A stretch of DNA of 64,000 bases from Anthoceros angustus (GCA_010909165.1 MU008187.1:438247-502246), one strand, 5' to 3'; counted from the stretch's first letter, positions 46,343 to 62,575 are shown. The notes: a model not told the origin generated them from the sequence alone. Made by a program: numbers and translations.

Positions 46343-49300
46343 CTAGAATAGAGGGAAGGCCGTTGGGAAGAGAAGAGCAATTAACCTTTTCTCGTGGGCA
46401 GCCCAGTGAAACCAACCAACTTCTTCGATGTACTTTGCTCGCAGTTCATACAGGTGCTTCTGTGGTGGCTTGCCATCGTCCTGAATAAGGTCGTTCAGTA
46501 GCTGTGTGGACAAAACGACTCTGGGTTAGCGACCATGCAAAAAAAGGCAACCTGGGCCAAACGGGGGCGTGAAAAGGTATTCACCTTAATGGCAGATCCG
46601 TAACGTCCAGCACGCCGCTCTCTTCTCACGGTCAGCAGGCCATACTTCGGTGAGGAGGTATCAGCCCACTTTCTGAGCTCAGCATAAAGGGCGTCGATTT
46701 CTTCCAGCACGGCTGCTGCCCCGTTGTTTGGAACATCTAAAACAGCAGTAGAGACTGCGGTTCCGGCCTCCTCCTCTTGTAGTGGCAAGTCCGTGTTACC
46801 TCTGGTGTCTCCTCTGGTAGCCTCTGACAAGCGGGAGGGGAGGCCCTCAGTAGATCCAGAGCCGTGAACAGCTGACTCAGATTCGGTGACGTCCGTGGCA
46901 ACATTATCCTCCCAGGTCACTCCACCGTTTTCAGAAGCAGCAGATGCGACGTGACTTTGAGGCGAAGGCTGGTTCTTCTGATGCCATAAGCAGATGCAAG
47001 TGAGACACAGATGACATCGTACGCATCCAAGGAGGTGAAGAACACTGAGTGATGTGCCGAGGTATACCAGCTTTTGTTCCTCCAAGTTGAGAAGGGAAAG
47101 TCCCTTCTTGTAGAGGGCCTCAGCAAGGGCATCTCGTTGTGTTTCCATGTCCTTCTTCACTTGCTGAAAAAAGCCAACGAGAATGTCACACAGGCAGCTG
47201 CACCAAGGGAAATCAATGCACCAAGGGAAATCACTATCCATGTGGAGAGGATGTCTGAAAAAGTCATACCGCAGCATCCGCTGTTTCGGCTTCCGATTTC
47301 ATTGCGAAGAACCTGGCGAGTTCATCCCTGTCAATTAGGAGTTCTACGTCGTCCGCTGCCTTAATGATCTGCAAACAATCAGGTCTGAACTTAGAGCAGC
47401 ACAAATAAGGTGCAAGAATAGAGCTCTTCTATATCTCTGCTCTCATGAGCTAAGTTCACATCAGACTCAAAGTTTTGCCAGCTGACCAGCTCATCATCGG
47501 GAGTCGAGGCTGCTGCCAGCTTCTGCAGGATCTCCACAAAAAGTTGAAGGTGCTTCGGATACTCCCCCTGGAGTCATGACGGACATAACAGCAATCAAAT
47601 GGACTGCGTCTTAAGTGCTGTCTGACTACCACATTGCTGAAAATTGTCGATGAACGTAAACCTTCAGGGTAGTGACAAGGTCATCCCACTCCTTGCGCTC
47701 GTCAGGTGTTGACAATGGCAAGCTGGAGAGCAGCTTAATTTTCGCATCCCTGACCTGAAGACATTCATGTCAGCACCCCGGAGGAGACTAACAGATGAAC
47801 CGAACGTAACAAGAAACAAGGTTCTTTCTGTAGTTGATACAAAAGGTCCTTCCTCAACAGACGCAAAGAACAGTCTCTAAGAAGGCCATGAGGATCTGTG
47901 GCTTTACTAGTAAGACTGTATTTTACAAACAACGGTCTATCCTTTCCCGTATTAGTCTTCCCAGGTTCATGACTGGGTTCCGTTAAGCGGATTGGAGCTC
48001 TGGTTATATGCGGTCTGGGTTGCAGCAGATAGACTTTTGGAACGGGTCCTTACCTCTTCCTCAATCTTCTGTACGAGGCTTTTCTTGGCTTCAACATTAC
48101 TCTTCTCCTTCGTTTTCTCCTCAGCCTGCATTTCAAATCAACACAGGCACAACTGTAAGCATGATCCAATGAAGAACTTCTCCACAAAGCTAGGTGACCT
48201 TACTAACAGCTTTCGCCTGAGTAGATTGCCAGTCCAAGGCACGACGCAGGGTTGTTTGAGGACAGATCAGTGTTGACCTATCGTAAGTGTGTGTAAATGA
48301 CACAAAGTGAAATGGTATTGTAAGTTAGTTTTGTTATTTCTGTACCTTCCAACACCTTTTCTGGTGCACGAAAAAGATCAGCCTCCCAGCCATACAACTC
48401 TCAAAATCCACACATGAAAAGTAGAGTTACGATATGACCCAGATCTCCAACAGGCCTGCAACGCATAACTGAATCCATGGATCCTAGTTACAATACCCAG
48501 GGAATAACCTTAAAAGCTGGTGATACGACATAGGTGATCTCTGAGGAAGCTGGACATGACGAGTTCTCATTGATGTGCTCCATGCCAAATGATATCTTGC
48601 CAATCAATGTGGTTCCCAGAACCGCATCCTACAATGAGTGCAGCAAATTAATTGCTTGTGAACCAAAAGAAATCAGAATGATGCAACCACTGGATGGTAG
48701 ACCTCATACCTTCGGAAGTTTCTCATCAGCTGGAGCAGCAATGTAGAATGGCCAGGATTCACTGTGACATGAAAGACACGTAAATTGTGGGCCAATTTAT
48801 CAAACGAAACCTGGAACCATCAGGTCCAATAAAAAACTCAAACAACCAACCCAGTTGTCAATCCACGTGCTCAAGCAGTTGACGTCCAAAAATCTTAAAC
48901 AAGTCCAGGGGTGGTGTTATACGGTTACCATCTAAACAAACTCACCCTGGTGAAAGATTCACTGCTTTGAAAGCATACTTGCCAGTCACAGGTCCATCAA
49001 TGCGTGAAAAAATGTTCAACTTTACACTACTCTGCAAATGAGACCAAGGCCAGAACCAACGATGAACAGACTTGAGTACCAGTAGCTTGTAACAATATCT
49101 TTGACAAGATTGCAGTCCACTCACATACCTTGTCATCAAGTGTTCTGTCAATAAAGACTGTGGCCTTTTTAAGCTTCTCTAAGAAGCCGATATTGTCATG
49201 TCTAAAACACAAAGATGTCAACGGAAATCTCAGGCAAAAAATTGATGGAAATCAGATGCAAAGCACACTAGAAAGTGAGGATGGACATGCAGAAGCAGCT

Positions 49301-52300
49301 CAAGGAAAGAAATCAACTACATCTCTGGTAAAGCATGAGCATCTTGGTGAGTTGATCAGAGAACCAACCGGATGTGAACTCGCAACGTATATTCTCCTTT
49401 GGCTAGCTTCACGCCCTTTGGATAGCAGTCACCAGTTGAGAGAACCCTCTGCATGGAAATAAGACAGAAAAGCTCAGCAGAAAAAAACACTCTGGCAAGT
49501 GCATATGCAGGTCACAAGCCAGATGTGTATGTCTAAAAAGGTATGATGTTGGGATGAGAAAGAATGGGTGCAAGGACCTTATTCACATCCGTAATCATGT
49601 ACAACTGGGATTCAAACTCAGCTTCATACAGTCTATTGTTTAAGAAGGGGAAACACGGTTTTATCTTCCCTCCCTCGGACAAAGTAAATTTGTATCTGCA
49701 AGGTCAGGCAACAAATCTTCCCACACATTAGCTCACGCTCACTGTTCAAAATAGCACTGTTTACTTGGGTGATGACTGTGGCAAGCTTACGTTAAAGTAA
49801 GTGAGCTGATTTGCCGTCCATTTGGCAACAGATCCCGAGCAGGTGACAATGCCACCAGCTTCGACTCAACAGGGCGGAATGGCAACCTAACCTGGGACAA
49901 GTGGAAGAGCATGCCATGGTTACAGAAAAGGGGAAAGAAAGTCAGAACCACCAAAAGATAACCCAGGAAATTTCAATGTAACAACTTCTTCTAAGACAGG
50001 CTACCCTCTTTAAACTGGCAGATGGTGATAATCGCTCCATTGACAAAGGAGCTTTTACATCAACCCTCGCAGTCCCCTCGGTTCCATGAATGTATATGTT
50101 TTTCTCACCAGCTTGAAGGCCATGGAATTTAACCTGTGTTTGTGCAGGTTCAACCAGGAGTTCATATGGTCAGCAGACATCTAGCAAGACGCGTACCGTA
50201 AACCGTACCACTGTCTTACGATAGGAGCAGACACCACACCTGGACTTCCATACTTGTAGGGACTGGGCTACCAACACCACTGGACCAGAATTGTGCAATA
50301 CACAGTTCCATAGTAACTCCCCCTTTAATTGCAAATGTAAACCCCTTCGAGGTGGGTGACGTAAATAACACAACACTTTCCCAAACAATGGGCCTTCGCT
50401 TCTTGACGAGCTGCAATTCACCAGCACAGTGATAGTGACAGGTTGGTGAACAGGAAAAGCAAAGGCAAGTTTGACTTTCATGATGACGCAGCACCTCAGC
50501 AACATGCTACACCCTCAAAGAGAACGGAGATGAAATGGTTGCAGCCAAGCATAATCACCTGCACAGCATTTATGAAGAATCGGCGGGGAGTATCAAAGCC
50601 AGCTACATGAAGAACTGTTTCTGCCCAATTGGCACCCTCAGGCACTGCAATGAACTTGCGCTCGATGCGACCTGGACTTGACCAATCACCAATGGTAAGA
50701 ACATTGAGAAAATCTCGATGGCAAGTATTAAAGTTGCACGTCTCACAAAACAAATGACAAATGGGAACCTGGGACCTAGTACCAGGAGTAAATGACAAAT
50801 CCATGAAGGACACAACTGGAGGTCTTGTGACAACTTCCATAGGCTTCACAATGGTGATGGGCACGCGGAAAAGTGGACCCCGCCAAGGAGCACTCGTATC
50901 AATGCCAACAACTTCACTGTAGTGCACACCTTCTCTTAAACTTGTAGGATCTACCATCACACTGCACAAGGGACCCAACAAAGTGGCGCATATGTGTGCA
51001 TGAGAAGAAAAACTAGTCTCATCTAGCATGCTCGTTTCATTACAAAAGTCTAGGCTGCAGGTTATTACTTGAAACTGCGCCCATTGTTTGTAAGGAGGAG
51101 ATACTCCGGAGCTTTCACCCAAGATGCAGAATTTTCCAGTTGCACACGTTCCTCAAATGGGACCAACAACTCCAGCTTGTCCGCATCTTCATGGAATTTG
51201 GGCTTCACTTGAACAGTCCACTGCAAGTTCACAGGAGATAAGCCAGGGAACTTGGCAACCTGAGCTTCAATTATTTCTTTCTCAGACAGGCCATCAAGTT
51301 TTCCAAACCCAATACCAACAAAATACGCAAAACTGTGCGGTGAATTAGCTGGACTCACTGAAACATGACAGATAATATCAAACCTACCTCACTTGCTTGT
51401 TGACAATCATGTACATCCCTGAGGTAAATTCCTCTGAGTGCTGCAGCTACAGAAGTCATCATGCCACCACCGAGCAAGCAACTGTCAGCATCTCTATTTT
51501 AGACTGACTAAAAGTAGTCTCAACCATACTCACAGTGTAAGAAAACAAGGAAACAGGTTGTCCAGACATGTTGAAACATCCAACCATTTAGTGAACTTTG
51601 TGGAAAGGAGGCAAAGCAAATGAGGACAAACTTGTTGATGAACTTCTAGTAAGTTGTATATTGTATGACACTGAGGGGATGTTAGCACATTTCTGCAGAT
51701 AGTCGTAAGCCCTGCCAGTTCCAGGTTATCGGGTTCATCAATGATTACATTGAGCTTGCATACATTGACCATGCTGTAGCCAGAGTCACTTGTAATATCC
51801 AACTATGAAACTGAAAACGAATATTCCTAATAACCCTCAACAGTGAGGATAACTCATACCTGTCTACTTGCAAAAGCCCACGGCCAGTTGTGAGAAGGTC
51901 CTCCAGATCATTGCTCACAGGACTTGCTGTGTTCTCCAAGGCTTTGCGGACCACATGTGGACTGATTTGCTTGCCCTCTGCCTGCACATTGAAAAACGAC
52001 TTCCAAGTAAGGACACCAGCACCGTGCACTGTCTACTCTCTTCTCTTCACATCTGGAACAAGGTGGAAAGCAGTACACTGAACAGCAGTGGGTTGCTGAA
52101 AATCATCACTTCCAGAGTACAACATCAATGCAAATGCACATATTGGTCCTGTGGCCAGCAAATGTGAGGACAATTAAGTCAAACAACTACTGTGCAAGGC
52201 ATAAGGTGGCTGTTCAAAACCGCTTCCCATTCTCAGGTGGGGGAAATCTTGAAGGGTTTGGAAATGCTTATGCTGCAAGACTTGAGGCACTAAACACACT

Positions 52301-55300
52301 AGCTGGACAGCACTTCGGGAAGGAGATCGAACGCACCTTCAGTGCACTAAGCACCAAAGCAATGCCACCACATGCACATGGGGAAGCCATGGACGTCCCG
52401 TTCATGAGCATGCGGCGTTGAAGTGTCCACTTGGGTACAGGTGCAACTGCTCCCCCCGGAGCACTTAAGCACACCCCAAGATCTCCATCTATGGTAGGGC
52501 CCCTGCTAGACCTATTGATCATCATGCTAAATATTTTTAGCTGAGGAATCACCAGGCCTTCAAAAGCAAACTGCCACACTTCAAGTTTGTCGGCAAATTC
52601 AAAACAGAACTCAAGTATCCAAATCTGTTGCGAAAAGCCAACACCATCCTCGAGGCATGTCACACTGCTTTTACCAAGTGTATTGAAGACCCTCAGTGGG
52701 AGGCTCCACAATGGAGTGAGCAGCAGCCGCCATGACTGGTGAAACAAATGCCCCAATTCCGAGGATGTTGGAAGTTGTTCCCCCTGGAGCACCCACTGTG
52801 CTCAAGGAAGGCCCACTATTGCCTGCACTGCTCACAAAAATAACCCCATGCTTCTCGACCACCTGCAAGACAGCAGTTTCAAGCTTACTCTTAGGAAAAT
52901 ACCAAACCACTTAGGCATGCACAGAAGTGCCCATGCTAACCACATGCTTGCTCCATTTTTCTGCATAATCCCTGTGCTGGAAGAGAATTCTGGACTTACT
53001 TCATTCACAAGCTCCACAAATCGTCCACTGTTAGGCATTGTTGTGGGTTCGCCGTAGCTCATGTTGATCAGGTTACACTTGTTCTGTAAATAGTTTTGAT
53101 TTTGGTTTAGGAATCAGAGTCATCTAGCAGATGAGTTTCACTCTTCGAAAGTTCCCATTGCTGTAGCATTTTAAGTTCAATTTACAGTACCTCCACCACT
53201 GCTATGAGAGCTCGAGTCAAACCAGTTCCTGTCTCCATGGAACCCAGTCTTGAATCTCCAATTTTGCAGGAAACAAGTTGTGCCCCTGGGGCCACGCCAT
53301 TGAGAATAGGCTCCTGTGCAGCAGTGATGACCTGTTGAAAAGAACTGGAAAGACTTGACGTACCAGAACACACCCAGGAAAGATACATACCTCAGGATGA
53401 TAAGCAGCAGTAATGCCAGCCACGTGAGTACCATGAGGTGAGCTGTCCGTGACAATACTCAGCACGTTGCCATCATCATACACATTTGTGACAAATGTGC
53501 AGGCATCCATCTTAGTGAACGTCCCATACTTGTGTTCAATCCTGTAAATTCACCCAGAGTACATGAAACTCAATTACAGATCCCTGCATCATTTGTCAAC
53601 AAAGAACGGATGCTACTTCTAACCCAGCACTTGCCGCAAAAGTACCTATAGTTCGTTAGTGGCGTGAAGTCTGCGAGTTTCCCAACCCCAGCTTCATCTT
53701 CCATGTCTTGAGTATCAAGTGCCACCCTCCACACCCCTCCATCATGCCAGACAACAGCATCTAGCACTGGACCTTTATCCTGATAAGTCTGGGGGAGACA
53801 GCAGAAGTAATGTTCATCACACACATTTGACACCAGATTCTTCCACCCTACACAGTTCTTTGATGTGCTGACCTCAGCTCCTTTCTGAAGAAGGTCAATC
53901 CTTGTCTGAAGATCTTCACGTTCCTTTTTCAGAGAAATTTCTCCCGGTTTAGGATGCTTCTGCAACCATGTTCTCAGAGATATTTCTTAAAGCGACAATT
54001 TAACAATGAGTCATCATTTAGGAAATGGTGTGAACTAAGAAATCAAGCAGAGAGACACAACGTGAAGGAATATACCAGATCAAAATTCGTAAGCTGACGG
54101 AGAGCCTTTGTTTGAGCATCATGATGTTTTTCATCCCATTTCTTCCTTCGCTCCTTCTGCGGATGATAGTTGGACTATTAGAATATTGCCAGCGTCAGCG
54201 TGAACGTATTTTCTTTGTGCGACAGCATGAATGGTCCCATGAAAGTAGAAGCTCGGCATCACCACCTTCAATCTGTTAACAAGGGTGTCTGTGAACAGCT
54301 GATATGCGAACTTTGAACCGACATGCCATTGACCCGATGGGTTTCTCCATGATTTGTTGACAAGCAGTTTTGCACCTGCAACAGCCTTGACTTGAATCCG
54401 GGTCCATATGTTTCAAGCTCAAACCATGCTGCTTTTCAGGAGAGCAGATAGGGCAAACGCTTTTCCATTACCTGAGGCACCAATAATAAATCCATCTTCA
54501 TCGGCTTTAACAACCGTTGATGTGTCCACATCTCCGCTTCCTGTGCTGCAGCGGCAAGCCGTCTCAGCAAAAGATAGCAATTACTATGTACCTAGAGCTT
54601 GAATGCTTTGGCCCAAAGCAAGCCCAGAGAATTGAAGCATAAGTGTTCTGGAACCTAGCCTGACTACTCACCAGTCCAGAACATCAATCACTTTTGGCTT
54701 CCCATCTGTAGTTGTCTGCAATCCAGCAGCAGCTGGATCCACACCCGAATCTGCGACACCATCGACAGAAACTGAATTGGTGGTCTACGTCAACCTGAAT
54801 TGTCGCATTCCCGGCACCAAACAGGCAGAATCTAGGTCTGCTAGTTCGTATACGGTTCACAGATTCTACAGCTCGGACATCATCCAACACCTGGAGCTGT
54901 GCAGACCTCACTGACAGTACTGAATCACGAATGAGGTCACATTCTAAATCCTGAAAACCCGGGGATCACACGAGTACAGAATCCAGTAATTACGCAGTGT
55001 CCAAGTGATGGTCGAGTGCCTCATGGCTACCGCAGATGAGTAAGATGGACTCACCAAAGATCGCAACAACAATGCCACGCCCGTCATATTCAGGATGCTC
55101 GTCCAGAAACTTGACGACACCAATCTCATTCTTAGGCATCAGGCCTGCTAGGAATGACGTAGCATCCAAGACCGACGGGACCACCTCCAATCCTGCAGGC
55201 AGCGCCTCATGATCCTCTGGCATTGCCCAAGAGTTGGAATCCTCCAAGGTAGACCTGCACAGTCTGAGAACTCTGCGCTGGCCCTGAGAGGGGCAGTCAC

Positions 55301-55538
55301 AGAATTGCAGCGGCTCGGAACCTGTCTGGCCGTGCCCGCTGCTCTGGAACTGTGTAGATACTCCTTTCCCTTCTTTCAAGCGCTTCCCAGTTCCACCAAA
55401 GCCTTGGTTAAACCCTACAGAATTGCAGACGCCGTTGGGCACAGCGCCGTGGATTGCGACGCCCGCGCTATGCGTTTGGAAAGCAGACGCACAACAAGTA
55501 TCGAGAACGGGGCTGCAAGCAGACGCCAACAGATGCAT
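46343..55538 (-). CDS. TPP2: Tripeptidyl-peptidase II (subtilase S8), about 30 exons
   Basis: LMPKNEIG...[12 protein letters not shown]|DSGVDP (Asp), [12 protein letters not shown] (His), [17 protein letters not shown] (Ser) and C-terminal [13 protein letters not shown]...FPTAFPLF* (stop 46343-46345). Confidence 0.96.
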
Positions 55539-56479
55539 GTGCCCCTGCTGGATCTGGCGGTTGGGGACAGATCGTCCAGCAGCTTCGGAATCAAATGCCG
55601 TGACTAGCAGGGAACCGTAGACATGTGAATGGGTTCCAGCGAGAACCTTGCATGTACTTGAGAATCAGTCCTGGCAGGGAACCTTGAGTGTATGTACTTG
55701 GAATCAGTCTGAATCGTGTCTGTATCTGCAGACTTCAGCACACAGTGTGGGCACGATTATTTGCAGCATAACAGACGGGCCAACAAGCTTTCACAGAGTG
55801 CGGGGAATGTCAGCCAGGGAGCACTTGCAAGGTGAATGCATAGCGTTGAGACCAGGAATGATTTGTTTGTGGCCCACAACGTTGTCTTTCACTCTTCAGC
55901 CTTCATTCACATCACCGTAAATTACATCGGGCACATTACGATCTACATAACGTCCTTTTATGCCCTGTAAAGTAGGAGGGCACGTTCTGGTAACAGACAG
56001 GAGTATGGCAGTGCTTTGAACTGCTAAGTGAGTTCCCTGCAACAAACAGGAGTGTTCCTAGTAGCACAAGATGGCACGGGCAGGACGGCACCTGTGGAAT
56101 GTTTCTGAGGATGGTATGGATGAGCAGGAGGTTAATTGTCAACTTGACAGCGGGGAGCAGGATGGTATAGTGGGGAATGCAACAATTGAATCGTTGGAGA
56201 CTTCGCATGAAGCTGAGTAGCCTACGGGTCGGCGGAGTAAGAGAAAACCAAAGCTAAATGGAAGAGTTTGAGACGTCACCCCATCGCCAAGTCCCCAGGT
56301 TGTAGCACTAGGGATGACCGGTGCGGTTCTTTTTCTGTTGGTTGCGGAAGCAGTGTTGCAGTTACATGTGTACAGCTGCAGCAATCATGTGGCCTATACC
56401 TGTTTATTAACTGTTAAACGTTTGCGGGGATGTGATTCCAGACGTAGTCATGTCATCAAGCAAGTAGAGACATGTTACA

Positions 56480-57378
56480 GTGAAGCTGAAGGTAGACAAG
56501 CGAATTGCGGAAGAGAACGAGAGGCTGCAGAGATTACTTCAAGAACAGAAATGGTTGCAGGAGAACAGGAGAGGGCGAGCAGAGGCACTAGCCGAGCGCA
56601 AACTTCAGGAGCAGAAGCTTGCCGAGAAGCAAATGTGGGTAGGATACAGCAACAAGCGGAGGAGTAGGGCTGGAAACAGCTTCTTCCTTTGATAGGCACC
56701 CTTGTTGTTTGAGAGTGGATAATTCCCTCGGACTTCTTCGTATACAAAGCCGTGCATCTCCTGTCTGAGGTTATGTTTTGGGTGCGATGTGCAGAAAGAG
56801 GGTTCTGATTCAGAGAAACGCTCCATCCGTACTTCTCTTGGCAAGGATCGTGACCATAATCGTTACTGGTTTTTAGGAAAACAAGGTCGTGTGTTTGTGG
56901 AGAGCAAAGATTCTGATGATTGGGGTTATTATTGTGGGACCGTGCCTTTGGCTGGCTCTTCTGGGCAGCTAGACTAGGTCAGCAAGGTCGGTGCTATCCA
57001 AATATTCGCTTTCTACGCATGTCCTTCTTGAAACCTCTGACCTAAGTCTCCTTGCCAGGTCGATGCGTGTCTGGGGTGGCTCAAGGTCAAGGGAGTGAAG
57101 GAGAAGGTCCTACATCAGCAACTGGAGACACACACACTATGCCAAAATATGGTATGGTTCCTTTCCTGATTTCCGCACACGAATGGCTCCTTCACAAGTG
57201 CTCAATCTGGAAGGGACTTCGTCCGTTTATTCGCAGCAATTCGTTTCAGAAGAGAACAAAAGAGCAGGCAGCACGACTAGTTGTGGAAGAGCCCGGTTTA
57301 TGGAGGTCAAGGAGGGTAGGGTCCGGTCTGGGACCTTCTAGCTTTCCGGCTCATGTAAATGGATACAGGAGCATTTGA
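56480..57378 (+). pseudogene. 3' fragment of a DDT-WHIM chromatin protein (DDW1-like): WHIM2/WSD region only
   Basis: IRTSLGKDRDHNRYWFLGKQGRVFVESKDSDDWGYY|VDACLGWLKVKGVKEKVLHQQLET...|FQKRTKE...VEEPGLWRSRRV. There is an extra AC in (AC)4 at 57128-57135, and no room for the WAC/DDT domains before the TPP2 start. Confidence 0.72.
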
Positions 57379-59220
57379 GAGTGGGTGTCTCCACGAAAAT
57401 TTTGCAGATATCTGGCCTGACACAAGCGGTCCTCCGGTTCCGGCATTCCCACAAACAGCCCACAAAAAGGATCAGCAGCTTCCGGTGATCCGCAAATTTT
57501 ATCCAGATAGAGAAATCGACCATGGCTCGCCGCTTCAGGGCAGAACATGCTGATGGGTAAACAATTCATGGGGACGACAGCCGACCATAGATTTATTTTC
57601 GTCAAGCTTATCATTTGGCCTGCTATGTGGGCAGTGATACACAATTGAAACTGAGTACAATACAATGTCAATTATTCTTGATGAGCAACTCCTCCCACTT
57701 TTCCTTGTCTTAGAGACTCTGATAGTATGCAGAAAGGATACCGAATTCCTGGTCCAGATTGGGCAGCTTTCACAAGGGATTTTTACGCTCGTTCGTGGAC
57801 AGAATGGGTGCCTCGTAAAAAGTGATCCAGCCCAACATGTGCGCAAGGTTCCGACGCGTTTTTTGAGTATATAAATGTAGGCCAATTCTGCAATTTGCCA
57901 AGGTGATGTAGATTTTTCTTAGAACACACATGCTAAACCGCCGGGTATTTGTAGCAATTATTAGGAATCATGCTCCTGGTGAAGCATCTTTGGAAAGTAA
58001 CCAGGGTTACGGGAAGGTCTGATGAATATATTTGATAAATATGGTAAATCTCGTTCTTCTAGTGGCCGAGATCCTTGCAAAGGACATTATTGTTTACGTG
58101 AGAAGAAAAGGAGAAAAGGAACAAACACTAATAGACAGTATATATATTTTGCTTCAATTCCATGTGTTAGTCGATGGATAAACCAGTATTTATACCTCTA
58201 GAGCTCATACAAAGTTGTATTCCTCTCCAAGGACATAAAGAAGGCAATCTTGAAAAGAGCACGGCCACGGGTATTGGGCAAGATGTCATAGCTATAGATG
58301 ACACCGACCTAGCCTACCTGACGATTTTATAACAGGTTTTGTAAATACATAATTAACAAAATTATCCCATTATACATGAATTATCTTGTCAGAATAATTC
58401 TTATATAGCAATAAATAAATAATAATTAGGCAATCGAAGTTCTCCTTATCTGCTGCGGTCTTCTTGGCACGAAGAGGTCTAGACCATGCATAAAAAGCCC
58501 CATAGCTCCAAGAACCGCAACCAATTCTTCCACCATGTGGACGTGGCTCAAGGTGTCATCATGGCACAAGCCCAAAAAGAAGTGGCTGTACAGAGCCGAT
58601 TGGAAAAGCGAGAGTCCAATGCAAGCATACGATTCCAAGCAAGTTTATAGTGAATATAGTGGCCGATGGCAAAATGGCCAACAGAGATAAGGAGGAACTA
58701 GATGATTTTGTGGGTTATAGAACTATTGGAAAAACTCTAAGGAAAGATCCATTCTCCTAGAGAAACCATAATTTTATGACAGGCCATTAAGTACACCAAG
58801 AGAATTTTGCTTTCGGAGCATCTAAATCGTCTTCAAAATCGAGTAAACTCTATAAAATAGTATCTACACCAGTGATAGTCCTTTCCTTTCAATTGACCTT
58901 TCATACACAAGCAATTCATTGTAGAAGCTTTTCATGATATCCAAACCACGTATGCCGGAATTTATCAAACAACTTATTCAAAACTTGTTCATTGACTATT
59001 AGTCCAGACCAAAAGACAACTTGTACAAAACTTGTTCGTTGTCTGTTAGTCCATGCCAAACCTTGTTCATATTACTGTCCATAAACAAACAAAGTTCATC
59101 GAACCCAAACTAAGAATCCATGATATTATTTCTGGGTACATGCATAGTTTGATGTTGCACTAAGAGTAGTAATGAATGAAACAACTTGAAAATTATTCAT
59201 GATCATGAATCACTTTTAGA

Positions 59221-59510
59221 TGATGAAAGTGATCACATTCATTTTCATCATCTGAAGTGAACTTAACATTATTAAGTTCACCCACTTCTAGGTTGAAAGT
59301 GTTGAGATCACTCACTTTCAAAGTAAAGTGATTTCGACACTTTTGGGCATGAACATGGATCACTTTCATATGAAAGTGATCACTTTCATCTTCATGTCTA
59401 AAGTGTACTCAACATTGTTGAGTTCATCCACTTTGAGGTTGAAAGTGTTGAGATCATCCACTTTCACTTTGAAAGTGATTTCAACACTTTTAGGTTAAAA
59501 GTGACTTCAA
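59221..59510. repeat. ~147-bp tandem duplication built from palindromic GAAAGTGATCACTTTC-type modules
   Basis: 59221-59365 resembles 59369-59510. Perfect palindromes lie at 59358-59381 (24 bp) and 59370-59389 (20 bp). Confidence 0.8.
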
Positions 59511-61138
59511 CACTTTCATTTTTAGATGATGATGTTGACTCACTTTTAGATAATGAACTCAACAATCATGATCAATCATTGATTGTAAAATTATTTACGA
59601 TCAATGATGTTTAGACCAAGCAAGTAGTTCATTTGATGTAATCATAAAGTCTTTTGCTAAAACCCATATAAATCAATCTACATGGGGAATGGTTCTTAAT
59701 TATCTTAATCAATTCTTACAATGAATATTATTTTAATGATAATAATATATCAATTAAAATATTATGTATGAACTGAGGTTACATGTACTCATGTTCATAT
59801 ATTATGTATGGTGTATCTAACTCTGGAGATCTTGAAGATTACAATGCGGGGTTTGTGATGTGGCGTCGGATTGTTTGTGGCATGCACGTCAGCACTCATA
59901 TGACCTTTGTCCGTTACCATTACGTGCCATGTCATTTATCCTCTATGTCCCTTAAGATCCGTGCCCCGTATGATCTATCATCTACGTTCCTGAAGATCGT
60001 GTCCCATATGATATGTGTGGTTCATTTTCTCTGTCCCTTAAGATCCAGGTTTCTTATGATCTGTGTGGGTTGTTTGTGATCCATGGCGGTCTCCATCTCT
60101 TTGCTTATAATGCTCGTCATTTGTGATCCGTATATATCGTGATCTCATATCGGTTTTGTTTATGATATGTAGCATTCATAATTTATATTGATCGTTTATA
60201 ATCCGTGTCAGTATTCTGTGTCGGCTTTGTTGTATGGTAACGATCTTCTATATCAAAGTCGATTTTCCATATCAAAGTCATTAAGCCTATCACAAAAGCA
60301 TTGAAGTATAGATGGATGAACACTATTGGCCAAAGCTATGTGGAAGACTAACTCAAAAACCGCAGAGCAAGAACGACAAGATGACTATGAGGCTTCCGTA
60401 AATGAGCCCAAGGGATGAGGCAGGCAGGTAGCTTACATAGGCATGGCCTTGTTCAAAAATGGGCTAGCCGCTGGCACAACAGTGCTTTCTTGCTACTGTC
60501 CCTCCATGGCGAAAGCGCCCAGCCTACAACCTTGAACTAGGCTCCAGGCCCCAGGACCGTGTTGGGGACGTTTAGGCCGGGCGCACGCGCCTCTCCCTGC
60601 CACTGGCCCGCCTCCGCCTGCAACTCTTTTCTTTCGCTGCTGCTCGCGCTCAGCGTTCGGATCTGGCAGGCTCCAGGGTTGGGTTCGGTCGAGCGAGCTC
60701 AGGCGCACGGCAGTGCAGCTCGCGCCACTCTGCCTGTGCTCCACCTGCATTGCGCGCGCGCAGGCGTGCGTGCGCTCGGTCTGTGCAGCAATTCCTCGGC
60801 TGCCCTGCGATTGCAACCTCCGCCTGCCTGCCTGCACGTCTGCTCCGCCCGCGGCCTTCTTGCTGTGGCTACAATGCGGCTCCGGGTTGCTTGTGGCGCG
60901 CACTTCGGCCATGGCTGGAGCCGGCCAGCCGTTGCCTAGCTCCCGTGCTCACCTCTTCCTGTAGCTGCTGCTCTCTGTGGCCCCTGCTCCGGGTCTGTTC
61001 TGGCGAGGACGAGGCTCGCTTCCATGGTTGTTACACTCTGAGGGAGGGAGCTGAAGGAGGCTGACATTGCTGCCGGAGCCTGCTATTTATTTCGCAACGG
61101 CAAGGGGAATGTCTGGCGCTCCGCACCTCGGCCTGTAG

Positions 61139-62575
<1,437 letters not shown>

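Noticed and set aside
54990-55538. Long N-terminal extension of TPP2 as a novelty
   Set aside because: Plant TPP2 proteins commonly have an N-terminal extension ahead of the subtilase domain, and the true start is uncertain.
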